This document shows, one piece after another, positions 1 to 8,861 of a stretch of 60,021 nt of DNA. This stretch comes from a virus. Taxonomy: Duplodnaviria; Caudoviricetes. The stretch spans positions 1 through 60,021 of IMG/VR virus record IMGVR_UViG_3300033829_000001; one strand, 5' to 3'. The notes under the pieces were generated by a model. That model did no database searches, was not told the DNA's origin, and worked only from the letters and a program-made list of their open reading frames with translations. Position 1 is the first letter of the stretch; every line of letters starts with the position of its first letter. The translations under genes and the position numbers were made by a program.

Positions 1-194
1 GCCTGTCCGAACTGCAGCTGGTCACAGTCGATAGTCTTGGCTCCCGGCATCGGCAGCTTGGTGCAGCAGCCGTCTTTGGGAACATGACTCGGAGGAACGC
101 GTACGCCGGGAAGTGCCATGGTTATCGTTCCGGCCGATTCGGGATCTTATCCATCTTGCCTTTCTTCTCGTAGCTACGGGCAAGTGGATACGGT
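1..194. repeat. Terminal direct repeat, copy 1 (identical to 59828-60021 except T128 vs G59955); probably a circular-assembly overlap
   Basis: Direct comparison of the two ends; ORFs 122-514 and 59707-59946 continue across the join. Confidence 0.95.
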
Positions 195-514
195 CTATCA
201 GTAGGCTCGCCAGAACCGCGCTGAGAGACAGTAAGGTCCCCCGTAGTCTCATGTTCTTTGATATCTACGGTGCTTCTGGCAGTCTTGAGCTGTTTTGATT
301 CCGGCGCCGGCTTATCCGCATTCATAGTTGGGATATGCGTGCTGTTCGTAGTGAATACGGGGCCCACGGCTTCGTCGATCACGCCGTTCGCAGGAGTTTT
401 GCCGCTGAATTTACCCTTGTTAGGGAACTTCGCGGGGTCGTTGATCGTATTTACTGGGCCATCCGCATGGGGGACAACGCCCTTGGCTTCGATTTTTCCT
501 TTCCGGTACATCAT
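122..514 (-). CDS. Hypothetical protein of the head module
   Basis: 130-aa ORF with GAGGG RBS, downstream of the portal and co-oriented with it. Confidence 0.75.
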   Translation of the reverse strand: MMYRKGKIEAKGVVPHADGPVNTINDPAKFPNKGKFSGKTPANGVIDEAVGPVFTTNSTHIPTMNADKPAPESKQLKTARSTVDIKEHETTGDLTVSQRGSGEPTDRPYPLARSYEKKGKMDKIPNRPER

Positions 515-559
515 TTCAGCTTCCCTCGTAGGGAGAATGTGACAAGACCATGGTTTAAC

Positions 560-588
560 ATATTACAGGCCCGGGTTGCCGTCTGCAA
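560..588 (-). promoter_or_regulatory. Sigma70-like promoter TTGCAG-N17-TAATAT upstream of the scaffold/capsid genes
   Basis: Near-consensus hexamers with 17-nt spacer in the 515-597 intergenic gap. Confidence 0.55.
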
Positions 589-597
589 GTGAATAGT

Positions 598-3012
598 CTA
601 TGCCTGAACGTTGTTCATAGGGGTGACTTGCGGGGCTACTGGGATACCTTGAACGCCGCCAGCGCCAGCGGGCGCAGCGCCGGAAGGCGCCGGGACATTC
701 GAACCCGACGGATTGAACCCCGCACCCCCGCCTGGGGGCGGCGGAGGCATTCCGAGCAACGCTTGTTCAGCCCCGGGCGGTAGGCCGCCCCGTAACTGGA
801 CCTGAACCTTGGGCGGCGGAGGCGGAGGGGGCGGCGGAGGGGGCGGCGGAGGGGGCGGCGGCCCGAAAACGTTACCGTTAGCGCCCGGAACAACCCCTGG
901 GGGCAATCCGGGAGGTGGCGCAGTCGGGTTATCTCCCGGCTGTTTGACCTTGATCTCGATACCAGTGTTGTCCGCGACCACTTGCAGTAGTCTGGCGGTC
1001 TCGTCTGGCCCAATAAGTGGTTGATAAGACGGGTTATTGACCAACTGAAGGAACTGTAACTGCTTCGTAAGGTCTTGTTCCTGCTTCGCAGCCTGCCGAA
1101 CACCGTCAACGACGATATTTTCATCGCCTCGTAACATACCAGTGCTGTCCGTAAGCATAATAAAGTCGTAAAGCATATGCAGCAGTGGATTGAAAACGTC
1201 TGTATCGATGTTATCCGCCACGTTCTGTAGCGTTTTGTTCGCATTGTTGATCAACATCGATAGCCCGGAGGCCGTACGGCCGGCTCCCGAACCAGCGCCC
1301 CCGCCAGTCAGGTACCTTGGGATAGTCGAAACGTCATCTAGCATGACCGAAAACTTGTCAACGATGCTCATCAGCTCTTGAGCATTACTTTGGGGCTGAA
1401 AAAACGTGACCGGAGTTCGGTTCCCGTTGGTCGGATCTCCTATATACTTCCATCGTTTCCAGGGGTAGAGCATGTCATCCTGGTTCGGGGAGATCAATTC
1501 CTCGTCATAGACTACCTGCGGACCCGAACTGATAGCGATGTTGTTTACCAAAGCGCGCAGAGTCGCATTAATCACTTCTGTAAGATCGTTCGCGAGAGCC
1601 GGGATGCCGTTGCCATAAAGCGTCCCCGGCTGCTTATCAAATGAAGTAACATAGTAAGGTACTCGAAGACGGGGGGACGGGTTAAGCATCACCTTAAAAA
1701 TGCGTTTATCCACCATCCAAGCCGTGATGAAATATGGCTTGTACGGATCCTCAGCTCCCGGGACGCCGTATTCAATGAGATATCTGCCCAAGACGAACCC
1801 GTGGAACTCGATAGCATTGATGTAGGTGTCGTCGAGAACGTTGTTGCGACCCTCCATCTGAGCACGCTCATAGTCAAAGATCTGGATCCACTCTTTGAAC
1901 CCGCGGCCTTCGTACGCCTGAATAATGGCCCTAATATCATCTTCGCGATACCCGGGTAATCCAATCAGATTATAGAGATCAGTCACGCTCAAACGCTGAC
2001 GCTCGAACACTTCGGTGTTCTTGATGCTAGTCGCGCCGGGAGAGAACCAAATATCCCACGGGGATACGCGTTCCCAGAAGAAACTAGCACGCTCCTCGGC
2101 ATGCAGTTTGCGCTTACGATCCCATTTCAGATGCGTGGTTTTGCGCGTCACCGGGCCTTTGAGGACCGCGTATTTATAGACCGGCAAGTCCGATAGGAAC
2201 TCCGACAGCGCATGATAAAAATCGCCCTCTTCTAGAATTTTATCAACCTTCAGTTGCGCCTCTTTTGCTTCGGTCTGTGCTTTACGCCGTTCAGCCAGCT
2301 TCACAGCCTCATATAATTCCTCGATACGGTCTTCGATCTGTTGCTGCGGTATCTTGATTTGCTGTTGGTTCGCATGCAGCACTTCTTGCACCACGATGGT
2401 GGCTATGTGCTGATCAACTTCGTCTGGCGTCATGGGATCAGCGGTCGGTTCCAGGGTCCAGGGGCGGTCGGAATTCATGTATACGTTACGCAGTAGCGCA
2501 GTTGCGCCGCGGCATTTCATTGCCATCAAGCGCGAGTAAACAGCCGACCCGCCAACAGCTTCGATGGCCTGCAGTTCTCCCGGGGAGTACTGGCCGTTGT
2601 AAGCTCGCATGTCGCGGATAAGTTCGTCGTCAACAGCGATGACCCGGCGATGTCGGACTGCTTTCTCAAACCGTTGGCGAATATAATTAGCAAGATCTGT
2701 CGCTACTTCGGATGAGATTCCGGAGAGATCCTCGGAGCGCTTCTGCGCAGCATCAAGCTCATCGTTACCGACCACGCGTAGCAAGCCGCGGCCTTGATGT
2801 TTCATCGGTTCAGTAGTTGTGCGGGCTTTCTTCTTAGAACGGTCAGCCGCAGCACCGTCAAATACGCCGGGCACGGGTGATGCTGCGCGGGCTGAGGTCC
2901 CTAGATTAGCGCCCTGCCCCGCTGGCCCAGCAAACCCTATTGCTGTAGGCTGCGGCTTCTTCGTATTCGTATCCTGAACCGAAGGCGATACAGAAGTCGG
3001 GATCGCGCCCAT
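598..3012 (-). CDS. Portal protein (head-tail connector) with Pro-rich C-terminal tail
   Basis: 804 aa; follows TerL; portal-like motifs (RVSPWDIWFSP, LYGNGIP, RTASGLSML). Confidence 0.85.
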   Translation of the reverse strand: MGAIPTSVSPSVQDTNTKKPQPTAIGFAGPAGQGANLGTSARAASPVPGVFDGAAADRSKKKARTTTEPMKHQGRGLLRVVGNDELDAAQKRSEDLSGISSEVATDLANYIRQRFEKAVRHRRVIAVDDELIRDMRAYNGQYSPGELQAIEAVGGSAVYSRLMAMKCRGATALLRNVYMNSDRPWTLEPTADPMTPDEVDQHIATIVVQEVLHANQQQIKIPQQQIEDRIEELYEAVKLAERRKAQTEAKEAQLKVDKILEEGDFYHALSEFLSDLPVYKYAVLKGPVTRKTTHLKWDRKRKLHAEERASFFWERVSPWDIWFSPGATSIKNTEVFERQRLSVTDLYNLIGLPGYREDDIRAIIQAYEGRGFKEWIQIFDYERAQMEGRNNVLDDTYINAIEFHGFVLGRYLIEYGVPGAEDPYKPYFITAWMVDKRIFKVMLNPSPRLRVPYYVTSFDKQPGTLYGNGIPALANDLTEVINATLRALVNNIAISSGPQVVYDEELISPNQDDMLYPWKRWKYIGDPTNGNRTPVTFFQPQSNAQELMSIVDKFSVMLDDVSTIPRYLTGGGAGSGAGRTASGLSMLINNANKTLQNVADNIDTDVFNPLLHMLYDFIMLTDSTGMLRGDENIVVDGVRQAAKQEQDLTKQLQFLQLVNNPSYQPLIGPDETARLLQVVADNTGIEIKVKQPGDNPTAPPPGLPPGVVPGANGNVFGPPPPPPPPPPPPPPPPPKVQVQLRGGLPPGAEQALLGMPPPPPGGGAGFNPSGSNVPAPSGAAPAGAGGVQGIPVAPQVTPMNNVQA

Positions 3013-3015
3013 GAG

Positions 3016-3240
3016 TTATTTCTTACCCATAATAGAATGGGCCATGCGTGACATATGGCTGCGGGCACCGGCATGATGAAAGTGCTTCGCGTTCTCTGCG
3101 AACTGCGCGCGTTTCGCGAACACACCACCCTTGGCCTTCTCTTTGGCGATGTCAGATTGGGTGATGGGAGCGTCGGGTGCTTTCCCGAGATCGCGATGCA
3201 TCTGTCCCTTTTTTATTGGGCCTATCGGTTTACCCGCCAT
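3016..3240 (-). CDS. Small basic hypothetical protein, possibly virion-associated
   Basis: 74 aa, IKKGQMHRDLG...AKRAQFAEN, located between terL and portal. Confidence 0.7.
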   Translation of the reverse strand: MAGKPIGPIKKGQMHRDLGKAPDAPITQSDIAKEKAKGGVFAKRAQFAENAKHFHHAGARSHMSRMAHSIMGKK

Positions 3241-3294
3241 AAGCGTAGTCCTCTACAGATTATGTTAAGGCGCTATGGTACGGCGTTTATGCAG

Positions 3295-4701
3295 TCAAGT
3301 CCAGGCTTTCCAATTGGGCTTGGGGGCCTTCGTGGGATTGTTTCTTACACGAGTCAACTTAGCGAGAACCGTCCCACTATGCCCTAGGGTTGCATATTGG
3401 TGCGCATCCGCAAGATCGGAGAAAGGATGGTTCTTCTCGGGTACAGGTTTAAGCGTCCCGTCTTTCATTTTGGCGTAACGGTAACGTGACTGAAATCCAC
3501 GAATTAGCTGTGTACACTGAGGACTGATAAGCATCGCTGCCCCACCGTCGCGCTGTTGAAGAAGCCACTTTTCGACAGCTCTGAGACGCGGATCTATAAG
3601 GTTGGTCTGTGCGGGCTGGGCAGAGAAACCAAGCCGCGCGAGAGCTTTGAACACAGATTCCTCACCAATTTGGCCGCGGGCGACTCCTGAAGGGTCCCCA
3701 ACAATGCCAACTGGGAGTCTGGCGTACTTAGCACCCGACAGGAGCGGTCGAAGTAACGTTATACAAAACTGCTCAACCCCCATGCCATCCGCATACAGTT
3801 CATCAAGGATCGCTAACCGTCCCCGGGGGTCCATCTGGGTCACTATCGCCGCGGGGTTGCGACCAAAATCCATACCTACAATCACCATTGTCCCTGGTAT
3901 TGGCATCAGGGTAGACTTGGCTACGTGAAATTCTGTCTTGAAGGAATTCCGGTACACAGCTTCTCCTGACAGAGAAGGCGAGATTCGGTTGTCGATGTAC
4001 TGCTCCACCCACTCGGGCGAGTTGCTTTCTATGAGATCCTCGTAGTAACCGGGAACTAGGTGCTCCCGGTTCTCCGCGCCCGGGTCCCGTGCGCCCGGTT
4101 GGACCCAATAGCCCCAAGTCTTTGGTAGCTCTTTGCCCATCAAGTCCTTTTCTTCGAGGATCTTGTTCCAGGGTGAGTCTTCGGAAAATGAATTGGTTTC
4201 CGCGATGACCCCGTACCAAGACGGCCCGCCGTTCATCATCGATGGAAACCGTCCGCACCGAGATAGCACGTCCAAGAGAATCTGCGGCGGAAGCTCCCGA
4301 AGCTCCGACAACCATCCAGCGGTTAAGTCGAGCGAAAGCAAACGCTGGACGTTCTCGGGAGTGTCGAGCGGGAGCATTATCCATTCCGACTCCACGTCGT
4401 TAATTTTGATCCAGAAGGTCTTATGTTGAGCCTCATAGGTGGCAATACCCCGAAGCAACTCGGCAATAGTCTTTGCGGAAGTAGTCTGAAGTTGCGGTAG
4501 CGTATTGCGGACAATGCAGAACCGGGTACGTCGGATGCCGTCTCTAGGATCCGGAGCTTGCTCCATGGCCCGACGCAATAGCTCCATGACCATGCCAGAC
4601 GACTTGCCCGATCCCACCGGGCCGCGGATGACTCGCACGCGTTGATCGGAACGCATGAACTTTGAGATTGTGGGAGGGGCTTCGTAGACAAGATCTGTCA
4701 T
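3295..4701 (-). CDS. terL: Terminase large subunit
   Basis: Walker A GPVGSGKS, VRNT motif, Walker B-like WLSE, nuclease motifs GMDFG, GDPSG and DLADA. Confidence 0.93.
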   Translation of the reverse strand: MTDLVYEAPPTISKFMRSDQRVRVIRGPVGSGKSSGMVMELLRRAMEQAPDPRDGIRRTRFCIVRNTLPQLQTTSAKTIAELLRGIATYEAQHKTFWIKINDVESEWIMLPLDTPENVQRLLSLDLTAGWLSELRELPPQILLDVLSRCGRFPSMMNGGPSWYGVIAETNSFSEDSPWNKILEEKDLMGKELPKTWGYWVQPGARDPGAENREHLVPGYYEDLIESNSPEWVEQYIDNRISPSLSGEAVYRNSFKTEFHVAKSTLMPIPGTMVIVGMDFGRNPAAIVTQMDPRGRLAILDELYADGMGVEQFCITLLRPLLSGAKYARLPVGIVGDPSGVARGQIGEESVFKALARLGFSAQPAQTNLIDPRLRAVEKWLLQQRDGGAAMLISPQCTQLIRGFQSRYRYAKMKDGTLKPVPEKNHPFSDLADAHQYATLGHSGTVLAKLTRVRNNPTKAPKPNWKAWT

Positions 4702-5219
4702 GCCTTCTTTTTCCGGCGCCCGTGCGCCTTCGTGGGATTCCAGCCGCCGCGAGCAGCTTGAAGCGCCGCAGCACCTGACCCTTCTGCGCTCCCTTGCTGA
4801 CCAAGCGCCGCAATGCGGGCGGCAACTTCGTCAAGTGTGGATTGATTTGCCGCAGAAAGCTCGCCGCTGCGGCCGGCTGCAGGAAGAGGGGAGTTCATCA
4901 CCTCCGCATTTGACACGATCTGTTTTTCGACGTAGTCGATTAGTTCGTCGCTTGCCGCGGTCATCTGCATCGCAGCCAACATGGCCTCCAATTCGCCTTT
5001 CATTTCGGACGCACGTATAACTGAACCTACTGTCTGCAGAACCTGTGCGGCAGCCTGCGGATGTTCGAACTCTTTCAATAGCAACTCAGCAGCGGCGCGA
5101 ACTTCCGGTTTAAGGTTCTCTGAGGCTGCGCGGGCATTAGTCAGACCAATAATCGTGTTCTTGAGATTGCTCTCTAGTTTGGTAATAACGCTATGCAAAG
5201 CATGGACTGTGATGGTCAT
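4698..5219 (-). CDS. Hypothetical protein
   Basis: 173-aa ORF with 4-nt overlaps to both neighbours. Confidence 0.7.
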   Translation of the reverse strand: MTITVHALHSVITKLESNLKNTIIGLTNARAASENLKPEVRAAAELLLKEFEHPQAAAQVLQTVGSVIRASEMKGELEAMLAAMQMTAASDELIDYVEKQIVSNAEVMNSPLPAAGRSGELSAANQSTLDEVAARIAALGQQGSAEGSGAAALQAARGGWNPTKAHGRRKKKA

Positions 5220-5590
5220 GATAGGTCCTTAGTTGGGGGTGAAAGAAAGTCGTTCAAATCCAAATCAGCCAGTTGCCGCTCGACGCCGGCTGCAACTAGT
5301 TTGCGGTGGTTAGTGCGCAGATTATCCAAGCGGTCGGCTAGATCCGCGTTAGCAGCCTGCAGCTCGTCGTTCTGCTTAAGCAGCTCTTTGATACGCCGAT
5401 CCTGGTTCTTGGCGATCTGCCGCAGCGACTCTACGTGCGTGCCGGCGTCAAGCACAGTTTTCTTCGTACTGAACATGATATCGACGCCCGCGAGCGTGAA
5501 AGCATACCATTTGCCATCTATAATCTCCGGCGCGGGCTCAGCGGGCGTCGATGATTGTTCCTGGTCTACCATTGTTCGTCTCCGTTGCAA
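5216..5590 (-). CDS. Hypothetical coiled-coil protein (start may be 5572)
   Basis: Heptad-like C-terminal half; operon coupling. Confidence 0.65.
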   Translation of the reverse strand: MQRRRTMVDQEQSSTPAEPAPEIIDGKWYAFTLAGVDIMFSTKKTVLDAGTHVESLRQIAKNQDRRIKELLKQNDELQAANADLADRLDNLRTNHRKLVAAGVERQLADLDLNDFLSPPTKDLS

Positions 5591-6065
5591 TTACTACGGG
5601 CGCTTTGTCGCCACCAATATTTATTGTAATGGAGTGCTTTTCCCCATTACCAGTCGCGTCGCGCGGCACATTAGCTACGGTCGAGACTTTAGTCAATTGT
5701 TCAAACGCGTTCAGCTTGGCCGCCACGGGCATATTCGGGTTTGCAATTATGCCGTAGATAGGTACCAGCGAGTCTTCCAACAGCAACGCAGCTTTGAGCC
5801 GCACGCGCTGCGCAGTATTCATTTCGGACTTCCATACGCGGTCCATTTCACGATACATATTAGCCCAAGCGGGGCTAGCAGCCTTCGCAGTAAGCTCCGC
5901 CATAGTGATGCCATAATTTGCAAGCACGTCCGCCTTGGGCTTTAAGTTCAGCACAAGATCTGTGATCAAACGTGCATCGTGATCAGTGATGCCGGCTAGG
6001 ATACCGGCTTCGGCCACCGGGGCCAGCACAGGTGGAAAAAACGACGGATCAACCTGCATGTTCAT
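5538..6065 (-). CDS. Putative terminase small subunit or DNA-binding protein
   Basis: 175 aa upstream of terL; HTH-like N-terminal part, helical middle and a beta-strand tail (HSITINIG) typical of TerS. Confidence 0.5.
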   Translation of the reverse strand: MNMQVDPSFFPPVLAPVAEAGILAGITDHDARLITDLVLNLKPKADVLANYGITMAELTAKAASPAWANMYREMDRVWKSEMNTAQRVRLKAALLLEDSLVPIYGIIANPNMPVAAKLNAFEQLTKVSTVANVPRDATGNGEKHSITINIGGDKAPVVIATETNNGRPGTIIDAR

Positions 6066-6334
6066 ATGCCGCCAGCTGCCTTATGAGCAAATTTGACGGT
6101 ATCAAGTGTGCCGTTTTCGACTGCATTTTTTACTAGCGTTACGCACTCCGTATCATCACCACACTCATCAGTGTCAATAATTATATGTTTGCCGTTATTC
6201 GCGATCACGATAAAGCTGATCAGTTCGCCGTCGATTACTATCGCAACAACCGCAGCCGTACCAATCGGTTTAGTAACCGGAACTGTGGCACACCCAACAA
6301 GCGCCAATACAGTGAGCAAAAAAATCTTTTTCAC
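6062..6334 (-). CDS. Putative lipoprotein
   Basis: MKKIFLLTVLALVG-C lipobox. Confidence 0.7.
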   Translation of the reverse strand: MKKIFLLTVLALVGCATVPVTKPIGTAAVVAIVIDGELISFIVIANNGKHIIIDTDECGDDTECVTLVKNAVENGTLDTVKFAHKAAGGI

Positions 6335-6639
6335 GGATTTTCACTTTTCTCCAGAGCGATATCCATCAGCTCTTTGCATGCTGCCTTCCACTGTTCGATT
6401 GATGCCCCATACGGCACCGAACGCTCGTCATTGTACACGTTTCGTAATACGTAACAGTTTTCCCCCAAACGCATGAAATTCATACTATCTGCGACCATTC
6501 GCACCAACTCAGGATCATCTGGCAGCCGTAATACGTCGCCACCGAGAAACCCTGTTGTCTTCACAAGTCCACGCGGCCCTTTGTTCGTGTGGCCGTTCAT
6601 ATCAAACGTTGGGTGACTGCGACCTTCAAGAAGGCGCAT
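6331..6639 (-). CDS. Hypothetical protein
   Basis: ORF overlapping its neighbours in the operon. Confidence 0.6.
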   Translation of the reverse strand: MRLLEGRSHPTFDMNGHTNKGPRGLVKTTGFLGGDVLRLPDDPELVRMVADSMNFMRLGENCYVLRNVYNDERSVPYGASIEQWKAACKELMDIALEKSENP

Positions 6640-6901
6640 GGGTCCGCCGACCGCCGATCTTGATAGTGATCGCTACGGCGTGCCAAAAAGGGTGAGCGCA
6701 GGGCAGTTGAATACATATGCACGGCGTATACCCCAATTTTGGCCGCAGCTCGTGGACTTCTACACATTTGAATATGTCAAAGCACGGAAGACCGGTAATA
6801 GGGTCAGCACTGATACCAGCGCCGCGCAGTACGTGAAATAGCCCGAGAACTCGCTTCATAGGTTCGCCGCTCTCGAAGTGCGTTGCGGAGTAGCCTTTCA
6901 T
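6626..6901 (-). CDS. Hypothetical Cys/His-containing protein
   Basis: ATGA-coupled to the upstream RHH gene. Confidence 0.55.
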   Translation of the reverse strand: MKGYSATHFESGEPMKRVLGLFHVLRGAGISADPITGLPCFDIFKCVEVHELRPKLGYTPCICIQLPCAHPFWHAVAITIKIGGRRTHAPS

Positions 6902-7098
6902 TCTGAGGTCCCCTTGATAGTCTGCGCCTCAACCATAGCTTTCGGTCCTTCCCGCAAAATATACTCGCGACACGCAACCCGTATCAGCTCCGAATATGTC
7001 GTGTTCTTCAAAGCTGCCAACTTCTTAAGGCCGGCCAGCCAATCGGCTGCCATGTACAAATTGATCCTTTCGCGCTGTCCGACGTTAGTTCGTGTCAT
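6898..7098 (-). CDS. Ribbon-helix-helix (CopG/Arc-like) DNA-binding protein
   Basis: RINLYM...LKKLA...TYSELIRVACREYI pattern. Confidence 0.75.
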   Translation of the reverse strand: MTRTNVGQRERINLYMAADWLAGLKKLAALKNTTYSELIRVACREYILREGPKAMVEAQTIKGTSE

Positions 7099-7128
7099 AC
7101 GTATATAATACTCTTCTGCGTTTAGAAA

Positions 7129-7437
7129 TCAACCCGCTCCGAATCTTAGCCCGGCAACCAGATTTATAGCCTTTAACCAGTCATCGACCGAAGCAAACAT
7201 GTGAACGTGCGTGCGCCAGTTAGTTTTGCTGTGTTTCAAAATCCAAAAATTGATGCTGAACTGCGCAGTGCAACCCGCCATTATCAATGCGGCTCGAATG
7301 CCTTCATGCAGCTCCTCCGCTGGCCGGCCGGCGGAGGCAGGAGTGGGAGGCAGCACCTCGCTCACCGTCTGTTGAGTCTCCAAATGGCTCCAATCAATGT
7401 CGCGCGCGTTGAGCGCGATTAGCTTTTCTATACCCAC
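7129..7437 (-). CDS. Hypothetical protein
   Basis: GAGG RBS and GTG start; shares '(I/V)RA(A/T)L(I/M)xxG' with 7491-7751. Confidence 0.6.
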   Translation of the reverse strand: MGIEKLIALNARDIDWSHLETQQTVSEVLPPTPASAGRPAEELHEGIRAALIMAGCTAQFSINFWILKHSKTNWRTHVHMFASVDDWLKAINLVAGLRFGAG

Positions 7438-7490
7438 GGTTGAAAACCTCTATGTGCATTGTAGATCAGCGCCGCCTGTAACATGATCCA

Positions 7491-7751
7491 CTAAGCGTGG
7501 GGGGCGGTCGTCAGCTTAGATCGCTTCATCAGTTCGTCCGCAATCTTGGCGAGTGTGGTTTCCCATCGAGCGTACTGTGTGTGTTCCCAGACCGGACACG
7601 CATGCAGCAGCATAGCTTTGGGCCAGATATAATATACGTTGTTCGTAGAGTCCCAGACATATTCCAGCCCAAGCAGCATCAATGTGGCCCTGACATCCTC
7701 TGAGATCTCAAGCGGGCGGAGGCGTAGCGGGCTGGGCGAACATAGGGTCAT
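7491..7751 (-). CDS. Hypothetical protein
   Basis: ATGA-coupled ORF. Confidence 0.6.
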   Translation of the reverse strand: MTLCSPSPLRLRPLEISEDVRATLMLLGLEYVWDSTNNVYYIWPKAMLLHACPVWEHTQYARWETTLAKIADELMKRSKLTTAPHA

Positions 7752-8269
7752 GGGTCCTCTACCTCGATCGGCAGTGATGCGAGGTGTGTCGTCTGGGCCG
7801 GCGCATCGACCCTGTTGGCTATAAAAGCGTCTAGAAGTGCCGCGGTCTCTTTGCGACTTAAAGGCTTGATCTCGGGCATCTGCGCCAGTAACTTCGCTCT
7901 AAAGTCGGCAATGAACGTAAGTATTTCGGTCCATTTCGCTTCGTCGGCATTTCCTGGCACCGCGAAGCAGTCAGTCATCTTGGTGTGGGTATTCGTAGCC
8001 CACAACAAGAATCTGTCCGCACGAGTCTGATACTGATGCTTTACACCCATTATATCCATTTTCATGGTGGCTGATGGCGGCACGGGCGGAGCGGGCTTAG
8101 ACGGGTCTTTAGGATATGGTACTAACCCAGCATATGGGGTGAATTCCATTCGCACTAAATCCGGATCTAGAACGACCATCATCAGTTCCTTGCTGTGCGT
8201 AACTACACACTGCGTTGAGTATAATGTACGTACACGCAGTGTCAAGTACAAAATACGCCGGCCATGCAT
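7748..8269 (-). CDS. Hypothetical protein
   Basis: AGGAG RBS upstream; 173 aa. Confidence 0.6.
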   Translation of the reverse strand: MHGRRILYLTLRVRTLYSTQCVVTHSKELMMVVLDPDLVRMEFTPYAGLVPYPKDPSKPAPPVPPSATMKMDIMGVKHQYQTRADRFLLWATNTHTKMTDCFAVPGNADEAKWTEILTFIADFRAKLLAQMPEIKPLSRKETAALLDAFIANRVDAPAQTTHLASLPIEVEDP

Positions 8270-8278
8270 TAATCTCCT

Positions 8279-8578
8279 CTATTGTTGTCTCGCCGCTTTC
8301 TCCGCATCAGCTGAACTATCGCCGTCATCGGCGGACCGCAAATGGACGTAGTACACCACGAGCCCGACGAGGGGGACCACCACGAGAGAAGTCATCGTGA
8401 TAACGAACGCGTTGAGCTTGTCCATGTGCTCGAACACCATATGGATCACATACTGCGTCTGCATCGCAGCCCATATTACCAAGCCGCGGCGGATGCCTTT
8501 GTGTTCATCCATCAGCGACAATAGAAATCCGAACGGCGATTTGAAAAATCCGGCTATCCAACTAAGAAATATATGCAT
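8279..8578 (-). CDS. Small membrane protein (holin-like, about 2 TM segments)
   Basis: Hydrophobic segments followed by a charged C-terminus. Confidence 0.6.
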   Translation of the reverse strand: MHIFLSWIAGFFKSPFGFLLSLMDEHKGIRRGLVIWAAMQTQYVIHMVFEHMDKLNAFVITMTSLVVVPLVGLVVYYVHLRSADDGDSSADAEKAARQQ

Positions 8579-8581
8579 AGC

Positions 8582-8860
8582 TCACCCCACAGGAATAGTC
8601 GCAGTTGTATTCGCCGCATTGTACGCGTTGATAGTCGCAGTATTGCTAGCCAGACCGGCCTGTATCGTCGCCAACGCACTCTGCTGGGCCGCCAATGTCG
8701 CCTGCGCCGTAGCTAGCGAAGAAGCAACATCCAGCGCTTGTATGCTGGCAATATTCGCCTGCGTCGCCGCGATCTGTGTATTGAGCTGGTTAATCTCGTT
8801 GTTACATAGATCTACAATATACGAAGCCGCTTGGGCCTGTGCTAAAGTTGGGGCTGACAT
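8582..8860 (-). CDS. Ala/Gln-rich coiled-coil protein immediately downstream of the fibre gene
   Basis: 92 aa with heptad repeats and no Lys/Arg. Confidence 0.7.
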   Translation of the reverse strand: MSAPTLAQAQAASYIVDLCNNEINQLNTQIAATQANIASIQALDVASSLATAQATLAAQQSALATIQAGLASNTATINAYNAANTTATIPVG

Positions 8861-8861
8861 A

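Noticed and set aside
1-194. Biological direct terminal repeat (T7-like)
   Set aside because: Interrupts a continuous head operon; more consistent with circular-assembly overlap
809-1024. Poly-glycine ORF on the + strand
   Set aside because: Antisense shadow of the portal polyproline tract
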